From: a virus
Strand: one strand, 5' to 3'
Virus record (IMG/VR): IMGVR_UViG_3300021067_000006
Span: 26,838 to 90,837 of that record
Length of the DNA: 64,000 bases
Made by a program: the position numbers and the translations under genes. The notes beneath the pieces are model-generated. The model searched no databases, was not told the DNA's origin, and saw only the letters and a list, made by a program, of their open reading frames with translations. Shown here in pieces: positions 43,590 through 53,460 of the stretch. How positions within the stretch are numbered: position 1 is the first letter of the stretch; each line of letters begins with the position of its first letter.

Positions 43590-45195
43590 CTCGCTTCCTC
43601 GCCTTCAGGTATTCACGCGCGCTCACCCACTCGTCGCCGCTCAGCACGCGCACGTCGCTGAGCCACCGAGCTAGCAGCCGCACAGCCTCGTCGCCGTACA
43701 CGAGCGAGTCGTGAAGCATGTACACGATGCCGCGCCGCTTACCCTCGGCAGCACGAGCGAACCTGCCGAGGTACTGCCGCAGCTGCATCTCGCTCTCGTC
43801 GCGATGCACGACCGTCGACGCGATGCACCCGCGCGCGAGCGCGCGGTGCGACTCGAACCCGACGCCGACTTTCTTGAACGTGCCTACCGCGAGACGAAAC
43901 TCACCGCTCGCAAACCGATCGCGGTTCGATTCGAAGAGCGCGTCGTCTTCGTCGCCCGACAATCGGCAGCAGGGCGCAAGCGCGTTGAGCCGCGACTCGA
44001 GCAGCGTGCAATGCTCGACGCGCTCGGTGAGCACGAGCATCTGCTCGCCGTCGGCGATCGCTTGCTGCGCGCACCACGCGACGAGCTCGTTGCGCTGCTC
44101 ATCGTTCGCCATCTTCGCGATGAGCTGCGGGCGCTGCTCGAACTTCTGCTGCGCGATGAGCTTCGCGCGATGCCTTGCGGCGCGCGCGCGATCGACGCTG
44201 TCGAGAATCGCTCGGTCTTTGAGGCGCAGCTTCGATTCGTCGAGCGTCGTGTACCAAGGCGCGGCGAACGACGTCGGCACCACACGCACCGCGACCTCGA
44301 CGATCGCACCCGACGCGATGAGCTCGTCGCGCGAGACGCGCTCGCTCTGCTCGCCGAACATGTCGTATGTCAGAAACTCGCGCTCGTCCGCGCGACGCTC
44401 GTCGTCCGACACGCCGAGCCGATAGCGCGCCGGGAACGCATCAACCGTCTCCTGCACCGTGCGCGCTGCAGCTTGCTGCACTTCGTCGAACGCGACGAAC
44501 CCGAAATACGGCGCAACTTCCTCGGCGCACTTCCACAGCGTCTGCTGCATCGCGATCGTCACGCGGCCGATGTTCCGCACGCCACCGCGAATCACGCCCG
44601 CCTCGATGCCGAGGAACTTCCGTGTCGCGAGCAGCCACTGGTCGAAGATGGCGGACGTCGGCGCGACGACGAGCGTCGGCACGCCAAGCCGCGCGGCAGC
44701 GCCAAGCACGGCGACCGTCTTGCCGCTCGCGGTCGGCGACCGCCACAGAAGCTGCTCGTGCCGCTCGAGCGCGCTCACGAGCCGCAGCTGATGCGGCCTG
44801 AGCTGCTGCCCGTCGGCGAGCTCGCCGAGCGGCCCCGGCTCGACCCGAAGCCGGCTCTCGCCGAGCGTGCGCCGGTCGAGCACGTCCGGCGCGATGCCGT
44901 GCGCCGCGAGCCGGTCGAGCACCCGCTTGAGCCCGCCGCGCGGGAACGTGAGCCAGTTGCCGGCGAGCGCGCCCATGTCGAGCTCAACCCACTTCTCGCG
45001 GCGCCACGTCGCAACGAACGACCGCGGCTCGTACCCACGCCGGAACCTGAGCCACGTCGCGTGCTCGGGGTTCGGGTGAATGAACTTCCCGCAAAGCTCG
45101 TCGGCAGCCACGCGCGGCAAGTCGTCGGCCGCGACGCGCACGCGGTTGTCGATGAGCACTCGCGCGGTGTTGGGTCGAGCGATGTTGGGCCTCAC
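43501..45195 (-). CDS. SF2 (UvsW/SSL2-like) helicase
   Basis: LRPHQ, SPTASGKT, FDEVQ, VGVGFE, QYLGRFAR; CATCAT-N7-GTG. Confidence 0.88.
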   Translation of the reverse strand: MRPNIARPNTARVLIDNRVRVAADDLPRVAADELCGKFIHPNPEHATWLRFRRGYEPRSFVATWRREKWVELDMGALAGNWLTFPRGGLKRVLDRLAAHGIAPDVLDRRTLGESRLRVEPGPLGELADGQQLRPHQLRLVSALERHEQLLWRSPTASGKTVAVLGAAARLGVPTLVVAPTSAIFDQWLLATRKFLGIEAGVIRGGVRNIGRVTIAMQQTLWKCAEEVAPYFGFVAFDEVQQAAARTVQETVDAFPARYRLGVSDDERRADEREFLTYDMFGEQSERVSRDELIASGAIVEVAVRVVPTSFAAPWYTTLDESKLRLKDRAILDSVDRARAARHRAKLIAQQKFEQRPQLIAKMANDEQRNELVAWCAQQAIADGEQMLVLTERVEHCTLLESRLNALAPCCRLSGDEDDALFESNRDRFASGEFRLAVGTFKKVGVGFESHRALARGCIASTVVHRDESEMQLRQYLGRFARAAEGKRRGIVYMLHDSLVYGDEAVRLLARWLSDVRVLSGDEWVSAREYLKARKRDGQETKRSRRAEDDDAGDDGDGLFAGWRR

Positions 45196-45216
45196 GTCGC
45201 CGATGATGCCCGCCCG

Positions 45217-45238
45217 TATGCAATCGCGCGATTCCAAA
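45217..45238. promoter_or_regulatory. 22-bp palindrome copy 7 (TATGCAATCGCGCGATTCCAAA)
   Basis: Upstream of the CATCAT hexamer heading the replication genes. Confidence 0.8.
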
Positions 45239-45345
45239 CCGCGCGGCCCCGGGTTTCGGTTTGTACGTGGACACGGGGAGTGTCTACGACCCCGCGTCGA
45301 TGGGGGAAGGATCGACTGCACGCTGCGGCGCCGCAGGCGTCGCGT

Positions 45346-45459
45346 GCACGTTTTCGAGCAACGACGCGTTACGAGGCGAGCGAAGCGAGCCGAGTAACCG
45401 TTCGTTGCTCGAAAACGTGCTCACCAAGTCCATCGGTGAAGGTCACTCGCTTCGCTCGC
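45346..45459. other. Structured intergenic element (candidate origin or ncRNA)
   Basis: 19-bp perfect IR 45346-45364 / 45402-45420; loop GCGAGCGAAGCGAG (45376-45389) complementary to 45446-45459. Confidence 0.5.
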
Positions 45460-45546
45460 TCCCTCACCTTTCCCGCCCGACCGCCCCGGTAGGTTACGAC
45501 AGAAGCCCGTCGAGTTGCAACATACAAAACGCGCGATGATAACCGC

Positions 45547-46218
45547 TTACGGTTTCGCGGACTTCGGCGCGAGCTCATCGAACTCGGGGAGCTCGAGCGG
45601 CTTCGGCGGCGCGAGCGGTACCGGCGGCGGTAGGTTCGGACCCGTCGGCGCAGCTGTAGGATCGCGCCGCTTCGTCGGCAGCTGCGCCGCTTCCTCGCGT
45701 GCCTGCTCCTCTTCGTGCTGTCGCAGCTTCGCGAGGTCGCGCGAGAGCGCAGCGAGCTCGCGGCTCTTCTGCTCGACGGCTGCGCTCAGCTGCTCGTAAC
45801 CGGCGCGGTTGCGCGGGTCGACCGGCGGCGGCTTGTTCTCGGCGCGCACGGCGACGATGAGACCGGTCACCGCGATGATGACCGCCGGCACGGACGGCAG
45901 CAGACGCACGATCCACGGGTCGCGCGGTGCGGGCAGCGAGCTCTTCTTGTCGACGGCTTCGACCTGTGCCTTGAGCTCGAGCATCTGCTGCTCGAGCGAG
46001 CGCACGCGCTCGCGCTCGGCGTCGCGCTGCCGCTCGAGCACGATGTTCTCGGCGATGAGCTCGCGCTGTCGCTGCTCGGCAAGCTCTTCGGCGTGCAGAC
46101 GGTCGAGGTCGTCGCTGCTCTGCCGCCGTGGGTTGCGGCTCAAAGCAGCGGCGCGCGCAGCCGGGTCGCGCTCGCGCGCGAGGTCACGGCGCGGAGGGGG
46201 CGCCTTCGGATCTGGCAT
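45547..46218 (-). CDS. Single-TM coiled-coil protein (223 aa)
   Basis: Coiled coil, TM VPAVIIAVTGLIVAV, coiled coil, Pro-rich tail. Confidence 0.65.
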   Translation of the reverse strand: MPDPKAPPPRRDLARERDPAARAAALSRNPRRQSSDDLDRLHAEELAEQRQRELIAENIVLERQRDAERERVRSLEQQMLELKAQVEAVDKKSSLPAPRDPWIVRLLPSVPAVIIAVTGLIVAVRAENKPPPVDPRNRAGYEQLSAAVEQKSRELAALSRDLAKLRQHEEEQAREEAAQLPTKRRDPTAAPTGPNLPPPVPLAPPKPLELPEFDELAPKSAKP

Positions 46219-46244
46219 GTTGCGCCGCGAAGCGTAGCAGCGGC

Positions 46245-47768
46245 TCACGTACAGTCGTCGCGCTCGATGTACAGGTCGAACGACACGCCGCCGCCCTTTA
46301 CGCGTGCGAGAGCCGACCACACCGCCGCGTATACCTCGCCGCTCGCCACGCTCTCGCCGTCGAAGAACGCGTCGTGATCGAGCGCGTTCACGTCGAGCGC
46401 CGAGCCCTGCTGATCGACAGGCATCTCGGGCACGCCGATCAGAAAGAAGCCGCGAAACTCGAGGTAATCGAGCAGCAGTTTCCACCGGTGCGGCTGTTCG
46501 TCCGGCATGTCGAACGCGAATGACCGCGCCGGGTCACCTGCCGGATCGACGTCGAAGTACAGACCGGGGAGCTTCGCGGTGCCCGGCTCGCGCAGACACG
46601 CGGCGAACCCGAGCGGCGCGAGCACCCGGTTCGCTGCGCGCAGCAGCGCGTTCGGTGACACGACGTCGTCGCTCGCCGCGAGCCGCTCGCGGTACGTGTC
46701 GTCCGGCTCTGCCGTCGCGCGCGGCAACATCATCCCGATGCCGAGCTCATCGAGCACGCCGAGCCGGCCGCCCGCTGGGCTCGATGGGTTCGTGACCGCG
46801 ACGCCGAGCTCGACCCACGACAGCACGCGCCACGTGACTGCTGAGCTCGCCGGCAGCGTCGAACCGATCTCGACCTGGTAAGGCCCGGTTGCACCGCTTA
46901 CCAAGCCGGTGAGCGTGCCCGTCGGCGCTTGCCCCGAGCGCACCGCCACCGCCAAGCGCGTCGCCGACGCCCACAGCACGAGGCCCTCGCCGCCCGTCCA
47001 GGTCACCACCTCGCCCGCCTCGAACGTGCCCGTTACGGCTCCTGTAGCGCGCAGCACGGCGTCCGTGTCCAGGCGGACGACCAGACCGTCGACGCTCACG
47101 ACGCGGCGCACCTGACGAAAAGCTGGCGAGGTCGACTCGAGCAGCACGTACTGCCCGCGCTGCGCCGTCGTGAGTACGTCCGGCTCGGGCGCGAGCTCGA
47201 GCACGTTCGTCGAAAGGTCGCTCACGATCGCCGAGCTCGCGGCGCCGCCGCTCGAGAGCGTCTCACCAGGCTGAGACAACCGGGTAAGCGTCCCCGGCAG
47301 GGGGAAGTTGTACGAGGGGCCCGGCTTGTCGGCGACGAACATCGCGAGCTCGGGTCCCATCTGCCCCGGCCCAATCACGAGCGACTCAGCAGCGGCGTAG
47401 CGCAGCCCGTCGTCGACGCTCACCGGGCCGTCGCCGCCAAAGTCGACAGCATCGTGCTCCACGACCAGGCCGTCGAGCACGATCGGCTGCAGCGCGTCGA
47501 CGACCGCCGTCGGCGCGCGCGTCGCCTCGAGCAGCACCACAGCGCGCTGCTCCCCAGCCGCAGGCTCGTCCGTCTGCCCCGACCACGGCAGCAGAAACAG
47601 CTGCTGCGTCGACCGGTCGATCGAGAGCGAAACCCGCGCGTGCTGCGCTAGCCCCTGCTGAATGACCGCGGCGCTCACCTCGTCGGCGAGCAGCGGCTCG
47701 GCGTAGCCGGCATCGACGGCCGACTGCCACAGCGCAAGCAGCTCGGCCTCGGTGAGCGGCCCCGGCAT
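46245..47768 (-). CDS. Baseplate wedge subunit (P2 gpI/Mu gp48-like)
   Basis: LDELG..LPRATAEPDDTYRERL; follows baseplate J. Confidence 0.65.
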   Translation of the reverse strand: MPGPLTEAELLALWQSAVDAGYAEPLLADEVSAAVIQQGLAQHARVSLSIDRSTQQLFLLPWSGQTDEPAAGEQRAVVLLEATRAPTAVVDALQPIVLDGLVVEHDAVDFGGDGPVSVDDGLRYAAAESLVIGPGQMGPELAMFVADKPGPSYNFPLPGTLTRLSQPGETLSSGGAASSAIVSDLSTNVLELAPEPDVLTTAQRGQYVLLESTSPAFRQVRRVVSVDGLVVRLDTDAVLRATGAVTGTFEAGEVVTWTGGEGLVLWASATRLAVAVRSGQAPTGTLTGLVSGATGPYQVEIGSTLPASSAVTWRVLSWVELGVAVTNPSSPAGGRLGVLDELGIGMMLPRATAEPDDTYRERLAASDDVVSPNALLRAANRVLAPLGFAACLREPGTAKLPGLYFDVDPAGDPARSFAFDMPDEQPHRWKLLLDYLEFRGFFLIGVPEMPVDQQGSALDVNALDHDAFFDGESVASGEVYAAVWSALARVKGGGVSFDLYIERDDCT

Positions 47769-48895
47769 CAGACGAACACCACGCGCTCGAGCGTCGTGCG
47801 CAGCGTGCGGCCCGCCGCCGGCACGATGTCACCGATCGGCTGCTCGAGCGTGCCGTCGACCGGCACGAGGCCTTCAGCGCGGAAGCGCGCGAACACCGCG
47901 CCGACGTCGTTGCGCAAGAGCGGCTGCCCCGCGCCCAGGCTGTTGACGAATGACACGAGCGCGGCGCGCACGCGCTCGCGCAGCGCCGGCGCATCGATGC
48001 CCGCGAGGAACGTCGGGCGCACGACGAGGTCGACCATCTGCGGCACCGACAGATCGATCACGACCGCGATGCCGCCGCAGCGGTATTCGAGCAGCTTCAC
48101 GCGCACGCGCTCGGCGAGCACGCGCGACGCGACGCCCGAGGAGTCGGCGATCAGCAGGCGCACCACGCGCGCCGGCGTCGCATCCTGCTCAACTTCCTCG
48201 ATCGCGAGCGCGCTCTCAACGCCCGGCACCGCGCGCGCGCCCGTCTCGATCGCCGCGAGAATCCCGCGCCGGCGCGCCAAGTGCCCCGCGCGAAGCCGCT
48301 CACGAAACACGTCGCGCGTCTCAGCGTCCTCGCCGCCCGCCGCCGGCTCGGGGTTGTTGACCTCGATCGTGGGGTCGAACAGCAGGTCGGGCCGAGCGAA
48401 CCGTCGGATCGCGTTCGCGCCGACTTGCTGGTCTTTGCCGGCCTGCGCCGAGCGCGCTTCGACCGTCGCGATGAGGTCGGATGCCGAACCGTTCGCGGTG
48501 AGCGCCGCCGTCTGCAGCGTGAAATACTCGATGCCCCCGATCGTCGTGAGCTTCGTCCCTGCCGTGATCGAACCCGCGCCTGCCGCGTTCGAGCGCCGCG
48601 TGAACACGACCGGCACGAGCGCTGGTGACGCGCCCTTGCGCGGCAGCTCGCCGCCGAACCGATCGAACGCCCAGCGGTCGAGGTCGTCGTCGCTCTCGCA
48701 GCCGTCCAGGAACTGCGCCGCCATGCGATCGGCGAGCTGCCGCGACACCGCGGCAGCAACGAAACTCTGCGATCCGATGAACAGGTTGATGTCGCTGCCC
48801 TCGACGTCGACCTTCGCGGGATCGATGCGCCGCGCTCGAGCGAGCACGTACTGCCTGCCGATCTCGTACAGCGCGAGCCTGGAGAGGATCTCCAT
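47768..48895 (-). CDS. Baseplate J-like protein
   Basis: LDRWA, PRKGASPA, VNNPEPAAGGEDAETRDVFRER, VPGVESA. Confidence 0.9.
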   Translation of the reverse strand: MEILSRLALYEIGRQYVLARARRIDPAKVDVEGSDINLFIGSQSFVAAAVSRQLADRMAAQFLDGCESDDDLDRWAFDRFGGELPRKGASPALVPVVFTRRSNAAGAGSITAGTKLTTIGGIEYFTLQTAALTANGSASDLIATVEARSAQAGKDQQVGANAIRRFARPDLLFDPTIEVNNPEPAAGGEDAETRDVFRERLRAGHLARRRGILAAIETGARAVPGVESALAIEEVEQDATPARVVRLLIADSSGVASRVLAERVRVKLLEYRCGGIAVVIDLSVPQMVDLVVRPTFLAGIDAPALRERVRAALVSFVNSLGAGQPLLRNDVGAVFARFRAEGLVPVDGTLEQPIGDIVPAAGRTLRTTLERVVFV

Positions 48896-48910
48896 GCCCG
48901 GCAGCGTAGC

Positions 48911-49771
48911 TCAGCGCGCCGGCGGGGAAGGCGCGGCGAGAGCCACGTCACGGCCCCCGGACGTCGTTGCGCGCACGACAAACACGATCATCTCGCCGCG
49001 GCGCTCGGCCGTGACCGTGGCGCGCAGCGTGTCGGGCTCGAGCCGCACCTGTTGCTCGGCGTCGCTCGCGAGCCGCGCGAGCTCGCTCTCGCGCGCGAGG
49101 CCTTTCACCGACTCGACCAGAAGCACGCCGTAACCAGGCAGATGCGCGTACCGCCCGCGCGGCGTCGACAGCCGGCGCAGCACGCGCTTCTCGTAGCTCG
49201 CGAGGCCCTGGTCGAACGCGAGGTCGCCGCCCTCGTCCACCACGTAAGAGCCGAGCACCACGGCGCCCGGCACGTCGGTACGCTGCTGCGGGTTGGCGAC
49301 GTCACGCGAGAGCACAGCGAGCTCGGGCAGCGGCGCCTGCCGCGGCGCCCGCACGCCGTCGAACTCGCGCACCATGAGCGGGATCGGGTCGCCCGATTCG
49401 AGGTCAACGAGCCCCGTCGCCGACACCACGTAACGCGACGGGTAGCTGCTGAGCGAGCGGTCGAGGTACACGTCGACGAGTCGGCCATCGCTGTCGTCGG
49501 CGACCACGGCGCGCGCCGCCGCCACCGCTCGCGCCGGCTCACCCCGCGCGTCAACGCTGCCCGCCACCGGTGAGAGCGCGTACCGCCCGCGCCACGACGC
49601 ATCACCTGGGTCGAGTACGTTCGACATGTAGACCGGCGCGGAAAACTCGAGCCGCACGACGTTCTCGCGCACAGCGAGCGCGCGGATGAGGAACGTCTCG
49701 GCGAACACGCCGAACGCCGAGCCCGCAGGCATCGAGCCAAACGGCCCGACGCCAGCGCCGCCCATCGTCAC
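48911..49771 (-). CDS. Baseplate gp25/W-like protein with N-terminal Ig-like domain
   Basis: RRLSTPRGRYAHLPGYG; precedes J. Confidence 0.7.
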   Translation of the reverse strand: MTMGGAGVGPFGSMPAGSAFGVFAETFLIRALAVRENVVRLEFSAPVYMSNVLDPGDASWRGRYALSPVAGSVDARGEPARAVAAARAVVADDSDGRLVDVYLDRSLSSYPSRYVVSATGLVDLESGDPIPLMVREFDGVRAPRQAPLPELAVLSRDVANPQQRTDVPGAVVLGSYVVDEGGDLAFDQGLASYEKRVLRRLSTPRGRYAHLPGYGVLLVESVKGLARESELARLASDAEQQVRLEPDTLRATVTAERRGEMIVFVVRATTSGGRDVALAAPSPPAR

Positions 49772-50484
49772 GCGACGAGGCCCCCGGGATCGTCGCTCGG
49801 CGGAGTCTCGCGCAACAGCTCGTCGAGCGAGAACTGCGCGGCGAGCGCGCGCTCGAACAGGCGCTCGAGCTCGGGGTCGCGCAGCTGCTGCACCGGCGTC
49901 GCGCCTGCGATGCGGCGCTCGAATTCGGCCTGCAGCGACACGACCGCTTTGAGGTACTTGTTGCGATCCGCCGTGAAGTAGCCCGCGCTCGCGAGCGCTC
50001 CGATGAACACGGCAGCGTCGCCGCTCGCGAGCGCTATCCAGCTCGCGCGATAGCGCTTCAAGTTGCTGAGCAGATCGAAGTATTGATAAACGCCGTCGTA
50101 CGCGTTAGCGAACGCGCGAAACCTCGACTGCGGATTGCCGGGCGGAACCGTCGGCGGCGGGAACCGAGCATCGGGGAGGCCGAGCGGGTCTTTCGGGTTG
50201 TGCGGCGTGTCGGGTCTGAACACGATGCGCTTGCCTTGGATGATCTCGTCGCACGTGAAACACGTGAACTGACCGCCCATCGTCGGCGTGCACTTCTGGT
50301 TTCCGAGGTTGAAGCGGTGCACCTTCACGAAGCGAGCTGTTTCCAGCGCCATCTTCGCGAGCACGAGCGCACGCACCTTGTCGCGCGCGCCCGGGATGTA
50401 GGCCGGCAGCACGTCGCCGACGATCCGCAACATGTCGTCGACGGGCACCGGCGTGAGTTTGTCTTCGACGTAGGTTGCGATCAT
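49768..50484 (-). CDS. GH73 (FlgJ/glucosaminidase-like) peptidoglycan hydrolase (238 aa)
   Basis: ALET (catalytic Glu), NLGNQK, FRAF, RY, AGYFTADRNKY; ATGA coupling. Confidence 0.8.
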   Translation of the reverse strand: MIATYVEDKLTPVPVDDMLRIVGDVLPAYIPGARDKVRALVLAKMALETARFVKVHRFNLGNQKCTPTMGGQFTCFTCDEIIQGKRIVFRPDTPHNPKDPLGLPDARFPPPTVPPGNPQSRFRAFANAYDGVYQYFDLLSNLKRYRASWIALASGDAAVFIGALASAGYFTADRNKYLKAVVSLQAEFERRIAGATPVQQLRDPELERLFERALAAQFSLDELLRETPPSDDPGGLVA

Positions 50485-52121
50485 CCGAGCTTCCATCCGT
50501 GAACGGACATGAACGAAGTGCCGAGCCCCGTCGCGCTGTTGAACAGAGCCTGCAGACGGATCGACGAGCGGCTGTTCGCGAGATGACCGTTGCGTGAGCG
50601 TAACGGCACGACGAACATCGGTGTCTGCACGGAGTTGCCCGACGAGTAAACCCAATGCGATGTCTGCATCAGCGCGGCCACCGTGATCGTCGATGACGCC
50701 GCGTCCATGAGATGCGCCGAGATTGCCATCGGCTGATCGGAAGCAGCAGTTACGGTGAGAGCTGAGATGCTCACGATGATCTCGCTCGCGGCGACCGGAA
50801 CGATGACGCCGTCGGGCAGCGTGAACGTGAGCGAAGCCGTCGTTTGCGCCGACGGCGCGAGGTTCAGATCGCTTGGTACTTGGTGCCCGTTGTAGTGCCA
50901 GCGACCATTCGCAATACCCGGTCGGAACGCCGCCGTCTCGATGCTTTGGATTCCGAGCGCGACGCCGCGATGCCCACCGGTAAACCCGCACATCGCAGGT
51001 GCCGGCACGCCGTCGTAGTAGCCGCCGGCGAACGGCGTTTGCCGCGTGACCGTCAGGATCCCACGCGGCCCGCGCGGTGTGCGCACGCCGAACGCGGGGT
51101 TGACGACCTGCCCGTATCGAACCCAGCGAGGCAGCCCGTGCGGGAACAGCGCCGCGATGTAATAGACGGACTTCGCACCCGGGAAAGTGAAGCCGTCGGC
51201 TTGATTCTGCACGGAGTTGACGTGCAGCAGAGACTCGCCGCCGTCGGGCCCCGCCGACGATCCGAACGCCGCGAGCGAGCTCGCGCTTGAACGCAGCAAG
51301 TCGCCGCCGGCGAAGTAGCCGTTGAAAGTCGCATCGCTGTAGCCCTGCAGAAAGCGGTTCGCGCCGGTGCCTTCCATCACCGAGTATTCGCAGCGATCGA
51401 TCCGAGCTTCCTGGTCGAGGAAATCCTCGGTCGTGAATGGGTCGGTGCGCGGCATCCGTTCGTCGACCAGCGGACGCACATCCCAGAAGTCGCACTGCGA
51501 GAAGTTGGAAGCGCCGACCTGCACGCAGCACACCGCGAGCGGCAGCCAGCCCGACACGACACCGGGGAAACCACCGCCCGACGTGCCGACGCGGATGCGA
51601 AATTCAAGCGTCGTGGACTTCACCTTGTCCACGAGTGCCGGCGCGAAGAGCCCGGTCGAGGTGTCGAAGATGTTGCGGTTGCCGCTCTCCGTTACCGTGT
51701 CGAGCGGCCGGCACTCGATGACGTCGAGCCGCGTGCCACCGCCCGCGTTCGCGGTGAACGTGAGCACGCCGAGCGTCGGCAGCCCCGGCGACACGCAGAG
51801 CGCATACGGGGAATCCTCAGCGCCGAGCGGGCCCGCGCCAGTACCGCGCCAGAACGCGACGACGCCCGGGTCGATCGTGAGGCTCGTCGCATTGTCGGGT
51901 CGCACCATCAGCCCAGCGAACACGTCCGCCGCGATGGGCGTTTCGACAGCGCCGCGGATCGACGAGAACCCGGGGGCGCGGTGAAAGCCCCATCGCTGAT
52001 CGTTGTACAGCGCTCGCAGCAGGCTGTCGCGGTCGCCCGCGAGCAGCGTCTGCAAGCGGTTGAAGTCCGGGCTGAGCAGCTGCTCGCGTGTCGAAAAGTG
52101 GATCCGGCGGGAGGCGGTCAC
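50481..52121 (-). CDS. Tail fibre/baseplate-attached protein (546 aa)
   Basis: Position in tail module; beta-rich Gly/Thr composition. Confidence 0.6.
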   Translation of the reverse strand: MTASRRIHFSTREQLLSPDFNRLQTLLAGDRDSLLRALYNDQRWGFHRAPGFSSIRGAVETPIAADVFAGLMVRPDNATSLTIDPGVVAFWRGTGAGPLGAEDSPYALCVSPGLPTLGVLTFTANAGGGTRLDVIECRPLDTVTESGNRNIFDTSTGLFAPALVDKVKSTTLEFRIRVGTSGGGFPGVVSGWLPLAVCCVQVGASNFSQCDFWDVRPLVDERMPRTDPFTTEDFLDQEARIDRCEYSVMEGTGANRFLQGYSDATFNGYFAGGDLLRSSASSLAAFGSSAGPDGGESLLHVNSVQNQADGFTFPGAKSVYYIAALFPHGLPRWVRYGQVVNPAFGVRTPRGPRGILTVTRQTPFAGGYYDGVPAPAMCGFTGGHRGVALGIQSIETAAFRPGIANGRWHYNGHQVPSDLNLAPSAQTTASLTFTLPDGVIVPVAASEIIVSISALTVTAASDQPMAISAHLMDAASSTITVAALMQTSHWVYSSGNSVQTPMFVVPLRSRNGHLANSRSSIRLQALFNSATGLGTSFMSVHGWKLG

Positions 52122-52164
52122 GGCGGTTACTTAACACGCGCGCGACCGCCCCCGCCGGCAGAGC

Positions 52165-52536
52165 TCACGGCAGGCCGTAATCCGGGGACGCGAGGTCGTA
52201 GAACCACGCGTCGTCGATGTCGGCGTCGGCCTGGAAGAACAGCAGGAGCTCGCCCTGCTCGGCGACGGTCAGCGTCGAGTTGTCGCCCGAGATGACGCTC
52301 GCCCGGACCTGCTCGACCAGCGCGGCCCCGCGGTTGTTGCCGGCGATGCCGCCTGCCCCGACCGGGGTACCGTACAGCGCCGGCGTCGTCGGCTCGCCTT
52401 CCTCGTCCATGCGGAACCTCACCGCCGTGAACAGGTCAACGCCCGGCTGGAACATGCCGAACCCCTTGTTGATGAGCGAGAAGCATCGCTCGACCTGCGC
52501 CTGATTCGCGCTGCGAAACCACCTATAGACTCCCAT
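52165..52536 (-). CDS. Hypothetical protein, possible fibre chaperone (123 aa)
   Basis: SD GAAAGGTAGG; follows fibre-like gene. Confidence 0.6.
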   Translation of the reverse strand: MGVYRWFRSANQAQVERCFSLINKGFGMFQPGVDLFTAVRFRMDEEGEPTTPALYGTPVGAGGIAGNNRGAALVEQVRASVISGDNSTLTVAEQGELLLFFQADADIDDAWFYDLASPDYGLP

Positions 52537-52557
52537 GACTGACCTACCTTTCAGAGC

Positions 52558-53460
52558 TTAGGAAACGCCAAAATGCGCCGCAGTGTAAGCCCTATATGCA
52601 GTAATCTCCGTCACGGGGTTGTACGAAAGGACGACCTTCTCACAGATGCGCGGCGTACCGAACGAAGCCGCGGTGTTGAGAGCACCGAGCGCGAGCGCAC
52701 CGGCAGTGATGGCAGCCGAATTGATCGCGATTCCTGAGAGGACGCTCGCGCCGACTTTGATGTAATCGCTCGCCGCGTTGTTCGAGGCAAATATCTCGTA
52801 CTCATAGAAGACGCCGGGAGTCATCAGCGACTCGGTGCCGACGAGGTTCGCGAATCTCACGGTGTTCGCTGCCGTGCCCGTGTTGAGCGAATGCCGCGTG
52901 CTCGTGTTACCGCCCCAAAAGACACGGCCGGCGACGTGCGAGGCACGCGCCATCACCCCGCAGTAGAACCGCGGCGCGCTGCTCGTGATGGGGAAAGCGA
53001 GCGTCGTACCCGGCGTAGTCATCAGATCGTCGCTGCCGTCGAAGTTGATCGAAGGCTTACCGCCCGCGCCGCCCGTCGCATCGTAAGCAGGCTGCGAGCT
53101 CGGCCCGCTCTGTGAGAACACGTTCGCACCGGGCTCCTGCCCGACCCACTGCGAGACGAACCCGCCCGCGTGCGTGACCCCGAGGTCAGCGCGCAGCCAG
53201 AGGTTCACGGTGCCGCTCACGAAGATGGTCAGCGGCGTTGCCGGTCCGGACGGCGGGCGTCGGCGCGCCCACATGCGAGTCGACCACGGACCGAACGGCG
53301 GCGGCCCCCACGCTTCGCGCCGTATGTGCTCGATTCGCTCGAGCTCGGCGAGCGCTTCAACGAATCGCTGCTCACGCGCGAAGCGCCGCGCGCGCTCTTC
53401 GCGCAGGAATCGCTCGGCAGGATCCACGAGCGCGACGAGTCGCGTGCTCTCGAACATCAC
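52558..53460 (-). CDS. LamG/ConA-like virion protein (300 aa)
   Basis: LWLRADLG...VSQW...PSINFDGSDD. Confidence 0.65.
   Translation of the reverse strand: MMFESTRLVALVDPAERFLREERARRFAREQRFVEALAELERIEHIRREAWGPPPFGPWSTRMWARRRPPSGPATPLTIFVSGTVNLWLRADLGVTHAGGFVSQWVGQEPGANVFSQSGPSSQPAYDATGGAGGKPSINFDGSDDLMTTPGTTLAFPITSSAPRFYCGVMARASHVAGRVFWGGNTSTRHSLNTGTAANTVRFANLVGTESLMTPGVFYEYEIFASNNAASDYIKVGASVLSGIAINSAAITAGALALGALNTAASFGTPRICEKVVLSYNPVTEITAYRAYTAAHFGVS

Noticed and set aside
45369-45578. 69-aa minus-strand ORF in the intergenic element
   Set aside because: Overlaps the upstream gene end and the inverted repeats; no convincing start signal or protein features
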